From: Marine Group II euryarchaeote MED-G33
GTDB lineage: Archaea > Thermoplasmatota > Poseidoniia > Poseidoniales > Thalassarchaeaceae
Length of the DNA: 52,450 bases
Assembly: GCA_002457195.1 (NCBI GenBank)
Contig: NTJU01000001.1
Span: forward strand, 1-52,450
Direction of reading: 5' to 3'
Part shown: piece by piece, positions 1 through 9,515 of the stretch
Layout: each line of letters begins with the position of its first letter
Numbering within the stretch: the first letter of the stretch is position 1
Position numbers and translations under genes: made by a program
Notes under the pieces: generated by a model
Databases searched by the model: none
What the model was told of the DNA's origin: nothing
What the model saw: the letters and a program-made list of their open reading frames with translations, nothing else

Positions 1-192
1 GAAAGCAACAAACGTCTGTTCACATGGGCCCCGGTTGTATGCGTATGTGGATACAGCGGTAGCCTATCGAAGGACGCACTGAAAGCCCTTTGAAATTGTA
101 AATCCGTTTCAATGGGTATTCGGATAGACCCTCTTGAAATTCTGAAAAGGCCATTGCAAACTTATTTCAATATCATTTTCCGAGGTGGTAAT

Positions 193-720
193 ATGCAGGC
201 TCGTGCACTCATGTTGGCCTTGTCAGGGGTACTTACAATTTTGTCAACTCCATTAGTTTCTGCCCATGGTGGCGAAAGCACTGATGGCTTCACGAATTTT
301 CAAATCATGCTAATTTCGATTGGAATTTCTGTATCCATATATGTTCTAATCACTAGAGTCCTTGAAACTCAAACACATCTCTCAAGTCCATTGGTCTTCA
401 CACTTGTAACATTCACAGGATCTGTCCATATCTTGTTGGGTTTGAATGATAATCTTCTACTGTTAGGTGGAATTGGTGTTATTGGAATTCTGGCCTTATC
501 CTTATTCGTCAATTTTAGTCAATGGCAGGAGAAAATCGCTAGGTTAGGATTAGGTTTGGTCGTTACAATCATGCTCGTCGCATATTTTGTTTCCAATCAT
601 GACATACACTACATTACCGAAGATTACCTAGGCATTACAACGAAATTGGTCGAATTATCCATCATCATTTTGCTTTACAAAGAGCGAAAACAGGATACAA
701 GTGATTCCGAAGAAGTATGA
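193..720 (+). CDS. hypothetical membrane protein (signal-peptide-like N-terminus, about 4 TM segments)
   Basis: ORF 112..720. The in-frame ATG at 193 gives MQARALMLALSGVLTILSTPLVSAHG, followed by several long hydrophobic stretches. No family recognised. Confidence 0.45.
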   Translation: MQARALMLALSGVLTILSTPLVSAHGGESTDGFTNFQIMLISIGISVSIYVLITRVLETQTHLSSPLVFTLVTFTGSVHILLGLNDNLLLLGGIGVIGILALSLFVNFSQWQEKIARLGLGLVVTIMLVAYFVSNHDIHYITEDYLGITTKLVELSIIILLYKERKQDTSDSEEV

Positions 721-830
721 GTCTTTCTTCGAAATCACCAACTCATCGTTTCAGAGGGGGACCCTTGCGAACCCCGTCCTTTCAATGGGTACCCATGCGT
801 TCGTATACAGTCGTAAGGGGCACCCTTGAT

Positions 831-1724
831 TCATTTGATTTGAGAAACCAAATCCTCGATGATTTCTTGCTTCTTATCGGCTATGAGGGATATGTGGCCA
901 TGCCCAATTTCGAGCATCCCCTTTGCATTTGGAATATGCTTGATGAGCCATTGACCGTGAGTAAAAGGCACCATCAGATCCAAATCACCCTGCCAGATTG
1001 TGACTGGTGTTTGAATATCGGCAGGCTTGAACCCCCAATATTTACAGAACACAAGACTGTCATCGATATATCCGTCAATTCCGTTTTGCAGGCATCGACG
1101 GATGCTGCTCGCCCAAATTTTGGCTTGACCCTGTTCATTCAATGCGTACACATCGATTTCAGGTACAAGCCCGCCTAATGCAGCCGCCAGATCTTCATCT
1201 GCTATTGTAAACCAATCTGCTGCGTTCACTTTCGCCCATTCCCGGAGAGGTTCTTCTCCCTGAATGGCTATTTTTTTGTGCTCGATATTTTCAGGACCCA
1301 TGTCTGAAAGTGAATCCAAATCGGGCTCACCGTGTGGGCCGACGCCTGCCAAGACTGAAGCAGCAATACACCGCTCAGGAAGCAATGCTGCACAAGCCAG
1401 GGCGTGTGGACCTCCGCCTGACCACCCAATTACCAGAAATTTCTCAATCCCCAATGCATCTAGAACATCTTCGACATCGGCAGCGGCACAAGAAACAGAA
1501 CGGCCGGGGTTACGCTGAGAAGAGGCGTATCCTGGCCTTGAAACAGATATCAAGCGTAACTGGTTTACTCTGGCATCCGCATGCCAATCATTCCAGATCG
1601 TTGCGTCACTGGGTGTGCCATGATGGCAAACAAGAGCGATTTGCGAACTTGCATCACCTCCAACCAAAACATCCAGCGTTCGACCATCACGGGCCGTAAA
1701 CAACTGAGTGGTTGGTGAATCCAT
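831..1724 (-). CDS. alpha/beta-fold hydrolase
   Basis: HHGTPSD near the N-terminus, nucleophile elbow GWSGGG, and a C-terminal GHGH region. The start codon overlaps the stop of the upstream methyltransferase gene by 1 nt (1724). Confidence 0.8.
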   Translation of the reverse strand: MDSPTTQLFTARDGRTLDVLVGGDASSQIALVCHHGTPSDATIWNDWHADARVNQLRLISVSRPGYASSQRNPGRSVSCAAADVEDVLDALGIEKFLVIGWSGGGPHALACAALLPERCIAASVLAGVGPHGEPDLDSLSDMGPENIEHKKIAIQGEEPLREWAKVNAADWFTIADEDLAAALGGLVPEIDVYALNEQGQAKIWASSIRRCLQNGIDGYIDDSLVFCKYWGFKPADIQTPVTIWQGDLDLMVPFTHGQWLIKHIPNAKGMLEIGHGHISLIADKKQEIIEDLVSQIK

Positions 1725-2500
1725 CAGTCATCACCCTTCATCGCCTTGGTTGCAGCATCCAATATACCGAGCAAACTGTGGGCCTCATCATCCGTTGGCA
1801 TGCCACGCAATATCACACGACTCAATGTATCTGCAGTGATGGCTTTTTGATCATCACGCTTTGATGAGGCATCTGCGATTTCCTTCGCCCTTCTGCGAAT
1901 TTGGCGCTTCAAATCTGGATTGAGAATCCTTTCCGTATGGACTGTTTTGGGTAAAGCCCGATCATTACCAACCTTGGGCAAAAGAGTTTGAAACCACTCG
2001 TAGCAAACAATTGCAACCGTGTGACTCAGATTGAGTATCGGGTAGCCTTCCCAGGTTGGGATTGTCAGCATCAAATCGCAAGCACGCAACTCTTCTTGAG
2101 TCAGACCCATGCCCTCTGGACCGAAAACAATCGCCACCTTTCCTTCAACATCTGAAAGTCGTTCACCCATTTCTGCGGGGAGGAGGAAATGGCGGAATAG
2201 AACTTTGTCACCCATCTCACGCTTACCACTTGTGCCAATAACCAAACTGATATCCTCAAAGCAGGCATCCCAGTTCTGATGAACTTGACAATCGTCCAAT
2301 ACACTCTGAGCATGCTTTGCTCGGTTGCGTGTTTCGTCGGTGAAATCACCATCATGCCGAAGAATACGTAGTTCATGGAGTCCAAAGTTCCTCAAACATC
2401 GCGCGACTGCACCGATGTTACCGTCAAATTGTGGTTCGACAAGTACAACGACCAATTCGCAATTCCATTGGGGTTGGGGGATTTTCGAATTGTTACCCAT
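1724..2500 (-). CDS. SpoU/TrmH-superfamily RNA 2'-O-methyltransferase (TrmJ-like)
   Basis: VVLVEPQFDGNIGAVARCLRNFG, IVFGPEGMGL and LNLSHTVAI motifs typical of SPOUT methyltransferases. I prefer the ATG at 2500; the track start at 2506 is TTG. Confidence 0.8.
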   Translation of the reverse strand: MGNNSKIPQPQWNCELVVVLVEPQFDGNIGAVARCLRNFGLHELRILRHDGDFTDETRNRAKHAQSVLDDCQVHQNWDACFEDISLVIGTSGKREMGDKVLFRHFLLPAEMGERLSDVEGKVAIVFGPEGMGLTQEELRACDLMLTIPTWEGYPILNLSHTVAIVCYEWFQTLLPKVGNDRALPKTVHTERILNPDLKRQIRRRAKEIADASSKRDDQKAITADTLSRVILRGMPTDDEAHSLLGILDAATKAMKGDD

Positions 2501-2502
2501 CT

Positions 2503-2712
2503 TCAAGCCTCAAACTTGTTGATGACTTCATCAGATACGCGTTCATACAGGAACATCATCCAACCTTCGCCCCTTTCTTGATCGGGCATCGGATATGAGA
2601 ATCGTAGAATCTCGTTTGATTTCAGAAATTTCATGAAATCGAGAAGCACTTGACGTTGAGGATGATGGACATGTCCAATCTCACCTGATTGATCGACCTC
2701 GAGGGCCGTCAT
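2503..2712 (-). CDS. hypothetical 69-aa protein
   Basis: ATG-started ORF packed between the eS17 gene and the methyltransferase gene, with its stop 2 nt from the methyltransferase ATG. No family recognised. Confidence 0.45.
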   Translation of the reverse strand: MTALEVDQSGEIGHVHHPQRQVLLDFMKFLKSNEILRFSYPMPDQERGEGWMMFLYERVSDEVINKFEA

Positions 2713-2721
2713 ATGACCGCC

Positions 2722-2913
2722 TCAGTCCTGACGTCGCTGCATGTAGCGAGTGACGTAGCCTGCAATCCAGTTTCGCATTCGCTTGTTATCCACATCGGTG
2801 TATTCAGCAACGAGTGCTTTGTTGTGGTCGAAATCTGCATTGAACTGATCTTTGTATTCTTCACAAAGGCGAATGGCGCGGATTTTGATAAATGATGGTC
2901 GAATATTGCCCAT
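2722..2913 (-). CDS. rps17e: 30S ribosomal protein eS17
   Basis: MGNIRPSFIKIRAIRL...FNADFDHNKALV...NKRMRNWIAGYVTRY matches the eS17 N-terminal signature. The ATG at 2913 gives the canonical MGNIRP start. Confidence 0.9.
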   Translation of the reverse strand: MGNIRPSFIKIRAIRLCEEYKDQFNADFDHNKALVAEYTDVDNKRMRNWIAGYVTRYMQRRQD

Positions 2914-2918
2914 TTGAT

Positions 2919-3188
2919 TCACTCCTCAACAAGTTTGATTTCGATTGGGAATCCTTCTTCCCTGGTAGCCACGATTCGAATCTTGCGAGGTGGCTTTTGG
3001 ATACCACGTTTCCAAATCGCGTGGTTGACGGCTTCGTCAATCCACAATTCTTCATCCTCAGTCACCTTCATGTGGCGATTAACATGCTTGCGGATTTCCT
3101 TAATTGCACGAGCGGCTCGCTGAGTACGTGGTACAGCCCAAGCAGCTCTTAGTGGAACGACCATTTCTTTTGTTTCAGCCATATTCAT
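2919..3188 (-). CDS. rpl31e: 50S ribosomal protein eL31
   Basis: RAARAIKEIRKHVNRHMK...IDEAVNHAIWKRGIQKPPRKIRI is the classic eL31 pattern. Confidence 0.9.
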   Translation of the reverse strand: MNMAETKEMVVPLRAAWAVPRTQRAARAIKEIRKHVNRHMKVTEDEELWIDEAVNHAIWKRGIQKPPRKIRIVATREEGFPIEIKLVEE

Positions 3189-3196
3189 CCCTCATT

Positions 3197-3352
3197 TCAG
3201 CGTTGTAGTTTACTGCGTCTCCAATGGTGACGCTTTGGGTGAGTCGTGACTTTGCGATTTGTGCGCATCATAACCCATACAGGAACACGGCGGTTTTGCT
3301 TTGTCACCTTGTTAAGGCGCTTCTTCTTGGCGTAGGGCTTGTGACGTGCCAT
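3197..3352 (-). CDS. rpl39e: 50S ribosomal protein eL39
   Basis: Not in the ORF track because it is under 60 aa. My hand translation of the minus strand gives [51 protein letters not shown]. It sits in the conserved eS19-PDCD5-eL39-eL31 order. Confidence 0.9.
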   Translation of the reverse strand: MARHKPYAKKKRLNKVTKQNRRVPVWVMMRTNRKVTTHPKRHHWRRSKLQR

Positions 3353-3361
3353 AATGTTCCC

Positions 3362-3721
3362 TCAGATTCTACGAATGGTTGTCTCCCGACGGTTGTTTTC
3401 AGTAAGACCTTGCAAAATACGCTTGAGCATTTCATCATCCACTGGGATGTTAATGCGGTTGGTCTGATGTAGAGTGTATAGGTGCTGCTTGACAGTGGTT
3501 GCCAATTCAGGGTGTCCCAATTCGACACGTGCCAAACGATCTCTGGCTTCCGGAGTTAGAATTGTACGCATTGCAGTTGCGATGATGTTGGCTTCTTCCT
3601 GTGCTGCAACCTCTTGGGCTTCGGTTTGGATATGTTGCTCAGTTTGAGCTTCAATCTGCTGTTGGATTTCAGCCTGTCGTGCAGCGCGAATCTGTGCGAG
3701 TTCGTCATCTGCAATAGACAT
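3362..3721 (-). CDS. PDCD5/TFAR19-like DNA-binding protein (archaeal MTH1615 family)
   Basis: ELAQIRAARQAEIQQQ...ILTPEARDRLARVEL...LKRIL pattern. I chose the internal ATG at 3721 (MSIADDEL) because the longer ORF would overlap the eS19 gene. Confidence 0.8.
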   Translation of the reverse strand: MSIADDELAQIRAARQAEIQQQIEAQTEQHIQTEAQEVAAQEEANIIATAMRTILTPEARDRLARVELGHPELATTVKQHLYTLHQTNRINIPVDDEMLKRILQGLTENNRRETTIRRI

Positions 3722-3746
3722 CGATTCACCCACAATCTCCTCTCCA

Positions 3747-4229
3747 TCAGTACTTTCCAAGCCCAGGATATGCTTCCTCGGCTTTTGGACGAACTTCGTG
3801 TGCAACATTGTCTAACAACTTTTGACCTGCAGGGGTAATGATACGGCCCATGTTTACATTGCCGGCCGCATTTCTGCGAACGGTCACTAGGCCCGCATCT
3901 TCGAGTTGCTGAAGAGATGAACGAATCACATTACGACTACCAGCCGCTGCACGGTTGGGTGCTGCCCCTCTGTTCTTTGGTCCGCCAAATGCTTGTGAAA
4001 GGTGGTTTACTCCAATGGGCCCCATTCGTCCGACCTTGCGTAGAATCGCTGCACTGCGAAGGAACCACCAATTGGTTTGAACGGGTGGACGCTCTTTGTG
4101 GATACCTGTTTTCACGAAATCAAACTTCTCGTCTTGGGATATGACCTCGTAATCCTTCTCCAAACGCTCGGCTAGTGCCGGTATCAAGAGGTCTGCGGGA
4201 ACATCGTAAAACGTGGTCATGGTAGCCAC
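3747..4229 (-). CDS. rps19e: 30S ribosomal protein eS19
   Basis: TFYDVPADLLIPALAERLK...VKTGIHKERPP...WWFLRSAAILRKV...GGPKNRG...GSRNVIRSSLQQLEDAGLV is typical eS19. Confidence 0.9.
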   Translation of the reverse strand: MATMTTFYDVPADLLIPALAERLEKDYEVISQDEKFDFVKTGIHKERPPVQTNWWFLRSAAILRKVGRMGPIGVNHLSQAFGGPKNRGAAPNRAAAGSRNVIRSSLQQLEDAGLVTVRRNAAGNVNMGRIITPAGQKLLDNVAHEVRPKAEEAYPGLGKY

Positions 4230-4255
4230 CTAAGCAGTTCGCCGACCAACAACCC

Positions 4256-4263
4256 ATATTTAA
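4256..4263 (-). promoter_or_regulatory. candidate archaeal TATA box for the r-protein operon
   Basis: The minus strand reads TTAAATAT about 27-34 nt upstream of the eS19 ATG, which would imply a very short leader. Confidence 0.3.
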
Positions 4264-4343
4264 CGCTGACCGACCGCCTACGGGAGGGCAAATCATCACG
4301 TCATTTCCCAAGGTTCAAACAGTGCTTGCAGTTGGGCGTTTTA

Positions 4344-5174
4344 ATGAAGAAGGCCTTGGCTCAAAATCCGAACATGCTTCGGACCATGATTGGGCTTGGA
4401 TTGACACTCATTGTAATCCTGTCGTATGCAGTATATGGAGCAACCATTGCTTCTTCTTATTACATGTATCATACAACGAATGAAAGTGTAAACCATGATG
4501 TAAACAATCAGGGATTGAGCCCAGACAATACGACCCAAACTTGGACATTCACAACCAATCGATCTACAACATGGCTGAATGTTACTATCGATGGGGTCGA
4601 AATCGAAGATACAATCTCCGTAGGCGTATCTGATGGCGTTTGGTATCACCACGAAATGTTGGGTAGCGAAGATGCGGACCGTTTCAGTTGTCGACAGACA
4701 GATGACCAAGGATTTGAGGAATACAATGTGTGTACCGCATCTAAGGTTCACAGTTTCACGGCTGAATCAGCCGGTTTGGTAATCATGCGAGGTATTGTTT
4801 CCCCTGAACTGCCAATGGGTGGATTGGGTAGTTTGTATGCTGATTCATTGGAAGATGCCGAGGAGGATTCATCGGAACTCATCGCTGCATACAATGGTAC
4901 CAGAGTTTGGACGATTACACTCGAAAGTAGTGACGAAATCCATCCATCTGAATACAGCCCGCTGGTAGAGTCAACGACTCACGAACTGGAAAAAGTCGAG
5001 CCTTTCACAATCAATCCTGTAACCGAAATGCTGTGGTCGATTTCCGCTTTGATCGGTTGCTTCGCAATCGCTCTTGTGATTCCTTTGTCAATTTATTTCG
5101 CAGCCCGTGCCAAAGAACGACGGGAAGAACAAGTTCGTAAAGTCGCATTAGACAAAACAACCCAACAAGAGTGA
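4344..5174 (+). CDS. hypothetical bitopic envelope protein (N- and C-terminal TM, N-glycosylation sequons)
   Basis: ATG at 4344 (MKKALAQ...). N-terminal TM IGLGLTLIVILSYAVYG and C-terminal TM LIGCFAIALVIPLSIYF followed by a basic tail. Several N-x-S/T sites. No family recognised. Confidence 0.5.
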   Translation: MKKALAQNPNMLRTMIGLGLTLIVILSYAVYGATIASSYYMYHTTNESVNHDVNNQGLSPDNTTQTWTFTTNRSTTWLNVTIDGVEIEDTISVGVSDGVWYHHEMLGSEDADRFSCRQTDDQGFEEYNVCTASKVHSFTAESAGLVIMRGIVSPELPMGGLGSLYADSLEDAEEDSSELIAAYNGTRVWTITLESSDEIHPSEYSPLVESTTHELEKVEPFTINPVTEMLWSISALIGCFAIALVIPLSIYFAARAKERREEQVRKVALDKTTQQE

Positions 5175-5175
5175 G

Positions 5176-5191
5176 CCGGTCTTTAGACCGG
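5176..5191 (+). terminator. GC-rich stem-loop between stop codon and next ATG (function uncertain)
   Basis: CCGGTC-TTTA-GACCGG. It begins 2 nt after the stop at 5174 and ends 1 nt before the ATG at 5193. Confidence 0.3.
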
Positions 5192-5192
5192 T

Positions 5193-8100
5193 ATGTTGAT
5201 GAGTTCGCGAGAGGGGTGGAAATTGAGGCGCATGCGTTTCTCTACCAATCCTTCCGCTTCTCGGCTCGCGTCGATATTGGTCATGCTGATGCTGGTTTCC
5301 ATCATTCCAATTTCTCAAGCAACACAAGGACGGGCCGGGCCAGATGTTACACCAACGACTGCTTCTGTGACCTACGTTAGCAACACCGATCATTCGAACC
5401 ACGCAGTCCTTTCCTCACAAGACCCCTCATCTATTGGCATGAGTCGTTCAGCAGACTTATGGATAATTGATGGGATGCTTGGATTGTCTCAGCGAATCGA
5501 AATTACAATCGAAAATTTGGGCGACTCTATGGCCAGTAATTTTAACGTAGATATTGAGATTCTTCATGATGAATATTCAGACTTTGTCCTTCATTCCCAT
5601 CGGGCTACTGTGAGCTCTGTATCAGCAGGCGGCAGTACTACAATTGCTACAACATGGACGCCAGATTATAGTGGAAATCACACCATCAAAGTGACAACCA
5701 TGCTTTCGAATGATGCGAATCCAAACAACGATATTGGTACTCGAAGTTTGACGATTGGCAATCTATACGATCGTGCTGAAGCATCAGGAAGTTGGACGCT
5801 TGGCAACAATTGGTATGTTTCCAGTGAAGCATCTCTTAGTGGCTCCAACTCATTCCACGTTGGTGGATCAACATCATCCAACAACTATGGTAATAATTGG
5901 GACACATCGCTTACCAGTGCGATCATCGATACATCTGATGCACACCCTTCGCCAACGCGTGGAATTGGGATTGGATTTTTCTACACGGGTGAAGCACTCA
6001 ATGGTGACGGATACGATATCGATGTGTGGGATGGAAATTCATGGCAGAGGATTACAACTACTGTCGCGTCTAGTATCGATACTGATTTTTCCGATGGTAG
6101 CAGTTGGTTAATCAATGTCAACCAAATTGGGAATCAAGTAGTTCCATGTTGGGGCATTCCTGCATCGGCAATGAACTCACAATTCCAGTTCAGAATTAAT
6201 TTCCATTCAGATGCATCCGGTTCTTCTGCTGGTTATTGGTTTGAGGATATTGTGATGTTCTATGACCAAAAGGCACGAGCAGATGAATTTGCAATCTCGG
6301 CTAGTTCGGGCACAAGTGGTCACGCGCAGGCAGGAGAGTGGGCTGAGACGACCATCAGTTTGACCAACTCGGGCAACCTATCAGATTCTGTCGACCTCAG
6401 TCTGACGAATCTGCCGGAGGGTTGGAATCATAGATTCCAACACATGACCGGTTCACAGATTCAAGATGGTGTCAGTATCGATCTTGCCAAAGGCGAAACA
6501 CGTTCGATTAAACTCCTCGTTCAACCATCACCAGGGTCAACTATGGGTTCAACCAGTATCAATGTCCATGCCCATAGTATGGAACCGACTGAGATAGCGA
6601 CGACCAGTGCAACTTTCATTGTCGATCCTGGATATCAACCCGCATGGGTGGAAGAAGACCCAGGATTCCCATGCGCACCAGGTAGTGCCTGTGATTTTGA
6701 AATCACATTGCGAAATGATGGAGATGGGCAAGATACGTTCTCACTCTCATCCACACCTGTTCTGAATCAGGATGGTTGGACCTTCGGCCTCAAATGGGAT
6801 CAGCCCACGATGGTAACCATACCCCAAGGCGGCACTGAAACAATCACAATTACCTCAAATCTCGCGCAAGATGCATTGCCGGGTATGCGCGCAAATACCG
6901 CCTTTACAGCAACCAGTCAGGCAGATCCTAGCAAAATCTCAACCATGCGTGCGAATGTAACTGCATCCATGGTTTCGAATGGTGGTGTAGGAGTCAACCC
7001 TACTGATGTACCCGATGATGGTTGGTGGATTTCTCCCGGTGAAACTGTCACAGTTCCTTTCACAATTTGGAACAATGCTACTCAGCAAGATAGTTACACT
7101 TTTTCCTTTGATTCAACGGGTGTCTTCGGCTGGACGATTGAGTTGCAGTCATCCGAATCTGTCATCATCGGCCCGGGTGGAGATGCCCGAGTTTTGGTTT
7201 CATTTACAGCACCCGATAGCGCACAGGCCAACGATCCAGGTCCAATCATAACCCCGCATGTCATTTCGACTGAATCTGGCATGGTTGGTACTGAAGATGT
7301 GTTTTCCGGAATCCGTGTCCGTCAATTGCACGATGTGACTTTGACAATGAATGCCCCCGAAATGGACATCTTGCCCGGCCATGCAAATGAAATACCATTT
7401 GAAGTTGAAAACCTTGGTAATGGACCTGAAAACATTCTCTTTGATCTACAGGCGCCTTTGGCTTGGAATTGGTGGGTTGAATTCAACAGTGCCATCATAT
7501 CCGGGCCTCTGAGTCTATCAACGGTTTACGATGGAAATAGTGCTGCACTTGGTTCACTTTGGATTGAGGTCCCTGGTAACGAGGACCCTGGGCAAGTGGT
7601 TGGATTGACGTTTACCGCTTCGTCAATGAATGGAGTTGATGCGTCCCCTGAAGATTCGACATTTTCGTGGGAATACAGGACACAGATGACTGCGATTCCG
7701 GAAATATCGGATTTTGAATCACAAGAAGTGTCTCTTTGGCTCGGGCAGAGTGAATCGTGGACCTTGTCACTGCAGAATTCAGGCAACACATACGATAGTA
7801 GCATGAGGATGCGTGTTACATCGGACAAAAATGTCCCTGGGATGATTGTGCAAGCAGTGACCTCTCGAGGTACTGGTCAGCTCAATGGATGGATCGATGT
7901 ACCGATGGGACCAGGCGGTGTGGAAGAGGTGCTAGTCATTTTCGAATCACTTGACAATTTCCCACTCGGTGAAACTGTAAGATTGTCCATCGAAGTTGAA
8001 GGGGGGCAAATTACCAATCAAGATGCCATTCATTCACTCTCGACAGACATAATCGTTTCCGTGGATCAAAAACGCAGTGTGACCGCAACGTGGAATTTAG

Positions 8101-9050
8101 ATCAGTCCGTTCTGCACAATCCTGGTGAAATCAGTACATTCCAGATCAATGTAACAACCGATTCGACAATGGCGGTAACCATCACCCTCAATAGCACGAG
8201 CCCGGAATCCGTTTTCTTAGATTGTAGACCCCGTACTCAGGATGGAAAAATTGTCGTTTTCATGCCCGAATCGAGCCCGGGCCCCGCTCAAACTTCTACC
8301 ATTGATTGTGATATTTCATTGGAGGCGGATGAACGTGAAAGAACGGTCTTTTTCGAAGTGACTGATGATCTCGGTGAATCCGTCTGGTCCAGTGGCCCAG
8401 TTCACCTCAAAACCAAACAAATTGATGTTTCAGGAGGGTTTGCTGGTTTGGGTGGTGCAACGATCCTTGTTGGTGGTATAGCCGGTGGTATCGCATTCAT
8501 TTCTTTCTTTGTTTACATGATTACAATCATCATCGGTCGACGTCGAAAGTTGGATGAAATTGAGGATTTAGATGAAGATGAAATCACTACATACGGGGCA
8601 GTACCAGAGCCTACTGAATCAGTGGCACAAATACCTGCGCAACCCACCACCCAAAGTCCACCTGGGCCAATGCCTGGAGCGCCCGGTCCAATGCCCACCG
8701 CAGCACCAGTTGTCCAACAACCGGTAGTGCCTGCTGTTGCCGAACCTTCGCCTGCTGATTTCACAGATGAGCAGTTGCGGGCATCTGGATGGAGTGATCA
8801 ACAAATCCAAGATTTACGAGGCGTGCCCACACAATCAGTGACCGATTCTTTTGATGCACTTGGTGCAACACAGGAACCCGATACGGTTTCCAGTGGTGCT
8901 TCATTGCCCGCTTTCAATTGTATCGTCACTGGCCAAGTTCTGAGTGCATCCGATGCATGGTGGCAGTGTTCAGGGTGTGGTGGCTTTGCTGCGGCGAACG
9001 CCATTGCCCAATACACACATTGTCCTGCTTGCAATCTAGTTCGAGGATGA
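5193..9050 (+). CDS. giant cell-surface protein with tandem CARDB/NEW3-like beta-sandwich repeats, one TM anchor, and a cytoplasmic Pro-rich tail with a C4 zinc ribbon
   Basis: Signal peptide LASILVMLMLVSIIPISQA. Repeated modules such as ISLTNSGNLSDSVDLSLTNLPEGW, ITLRNDGDGQDTFSLSS...DGW, FTIWNNATQQDSYTFSF...FGW, FEVENLGNGPENILFDL. TM GIAGGIAFISFFVYMITIIIG followed by RRRK. C-terminal CSGC-x14-CPAC. Confidence 0.75.
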   Translation: MLMSSREGWKLRRMRFSTNPSASRLASILVMLMLVSIIPISQATQGRAGPDVTPTTASVTYVSNTDHSNHAVLSSQDPSSIGMSRSADLWIIDGMLGLSQRIEITIENLGDSMASNFNVDIEILHDEYSDFVLHSHRATVSSVSAGGSTTIATTWTPDYSGNHTIKVTTMLSNDANPNNDIGTRSLTIGNLYDRAEASGSWTLGNNWYVSSEASLSGSNSFHVGGSTSSNNYGNNWDTSLTSAIIDTSDAHPSPTRGIGIGFFYTGEALNGDGYDIDVWDGNSWQRITTTVASSIDTDFSDGSSWLINVNQIGNQVVPCWGIPASAMNSQFQFRINFHSDASGSSAGYWFEDIVMFYDQKARADEFAISASSGTSGHAQAGEWAETTISLTNSGNLSDSVDLSLTNLPEGWNHRFQHMTGSQIQDGVSIDLAKGETRSIKLLVQPSPGSTMGSTSINVHAHSMEPTEIATTSATFIVDPGYQPAWVEEDPGFPCAPGSACDFEITLRNDGDGQDTFSLSSTPVLNQDGWTFGLKWDQPTMVTIPQGGTETITITSNLAQDALPGMRANTAFTATSQADPSKISTMRANVTASMVSNGGVGVNPTDVPDDGWWISPGETVTVPFTIWNNATQQDSYTFSFDSTGVFGWTIELQSSESVIIGPGGDARVLVSFTAPDSAQANDPGPIITPHVISTESGMVGTEDVFSGIRVRQLHDVTLTMNAPEMDILPGHANEIPFEVENLGNGPENILFDLQAPLAWNWWVEFNSAIISGPLSLSTVYDGNSAALGSLWIEVPGNEDPGQVVGLTFTASSMNGVDASPEDSTFSWEYRTQMTAIPEISDFESQEVSLWLGQSESWTLSLQNSGNTYDSSMRMRVTSDKNVPGMIVQAVTSRGTGQLNGWIDVPMGPGGVEEVLVIFESLDNFPLGETVRLSIEVEGGQITNQDAIHSLSTDIIVSVDQKRSVTATWNLDQSVLHNPGEISTFQINVTTDSTMAVTITLNSTSPESVFLDCRPRTQDGKIVVFMPESSPGPAQTSTIDCDISLEADERERTVFFEVTDDLGESVWSSGPVHLKTKQIDVSGGFAGLGGATILVGGIAGGIAFISFFVYMITIIIGRRRKLDEIEDLDEDEITTYGAVPEPTESVAQIPAQPTTQSPPGPMPGAPGPMPTAAPVVQQPVVPAVAEPSPADFTDEQLRASGWSDQQIQDLRGVPTQSVTDSFDALGATQEPDTVSSGASLPAFNCIVTGQVLSASDAWWQCSGCGGFAAANAIAQYTHCPACNLVRG

Positions 9051-9506
9051 GTGCCAATCCAGTCCCAATTTCTCATCTGGATCTGCCAAATCACCACTGG
9101 GGTCGTGCCCTGGGCCTCGCTCCCAATTTCCATCATGTGGAGCCTTGGACAATCCAATCAAACCCAATTGATTGAAACGTATCAAAGCCGATTCAGTTCG
9201 ATCTGCAACCGGCGCAATTCTTTCGTGGAATGTAGAGTCCATCAACTCACAAATTTCTTCGAAAGATCGATGACCATCACAAAGTTCCCACAGTAAGCTG
9301 TTCAAGTCATCAAGTGGGCGCCGTAATTCGTTTGGAGCTTTGAACAGACGAGCCAGAAAACCCTCAAACCTCCCGAACTTCTTGGGGTGCCGGATCACGA
9401 TGAAACGGCCTGTGATTCCATCCAACTCAGGATGTGGTCCGGATGGACCGCGACGACCCCACCAAACAGGAAGACGAACAGGATAGGCACCACTGAGTTC
9501 ACGCAT
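9036..9506 (-). CDS. PqqD-family (RiPP-recognition-element-like) protein
   Basis: LDDLNSLLWELCDGHRSFEEICELMDSTFHERIAPVADRTESALIRFNQLGLI resembles the PqqD/RRE winged-helix signature. The 3' end overlaps the convergent 5193..9050 gene by 15 nt. Confidence 0.6.
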   Translation of the reverse strand: MRELSGAYPVRLPVWWGRRGPSGPHPELDGITGRFIVIRHPKKFGRFEGFLARLFKAPNELRRPLDDLNSLLWELCDGHRSFEEICELMDSTFHERIAPVADRTESALIRFNQLGLIGLSKAPHDGNWERGPGHDPSGDLADPDEKLGLDWHSSSN

Positions 9507-9515
9507 TGTATGACC

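Noticed and set aside
717-1178. 153-aa plus-strand ORF
   Set aside because: It lies antisense to the well-supported alpha/beta hydrolase gene, has no recognisable motifs, and has an odd composition. It is most likely a shadow ORF.
4300-4325. GGTTCAAAC, a T-loop-like string suggesting a tRNA
   Set aside because: No acceptor or anticodon stems can be drawn around it. The context is an AT-rich promoter region. I saw no tRNA anywhere in the window.
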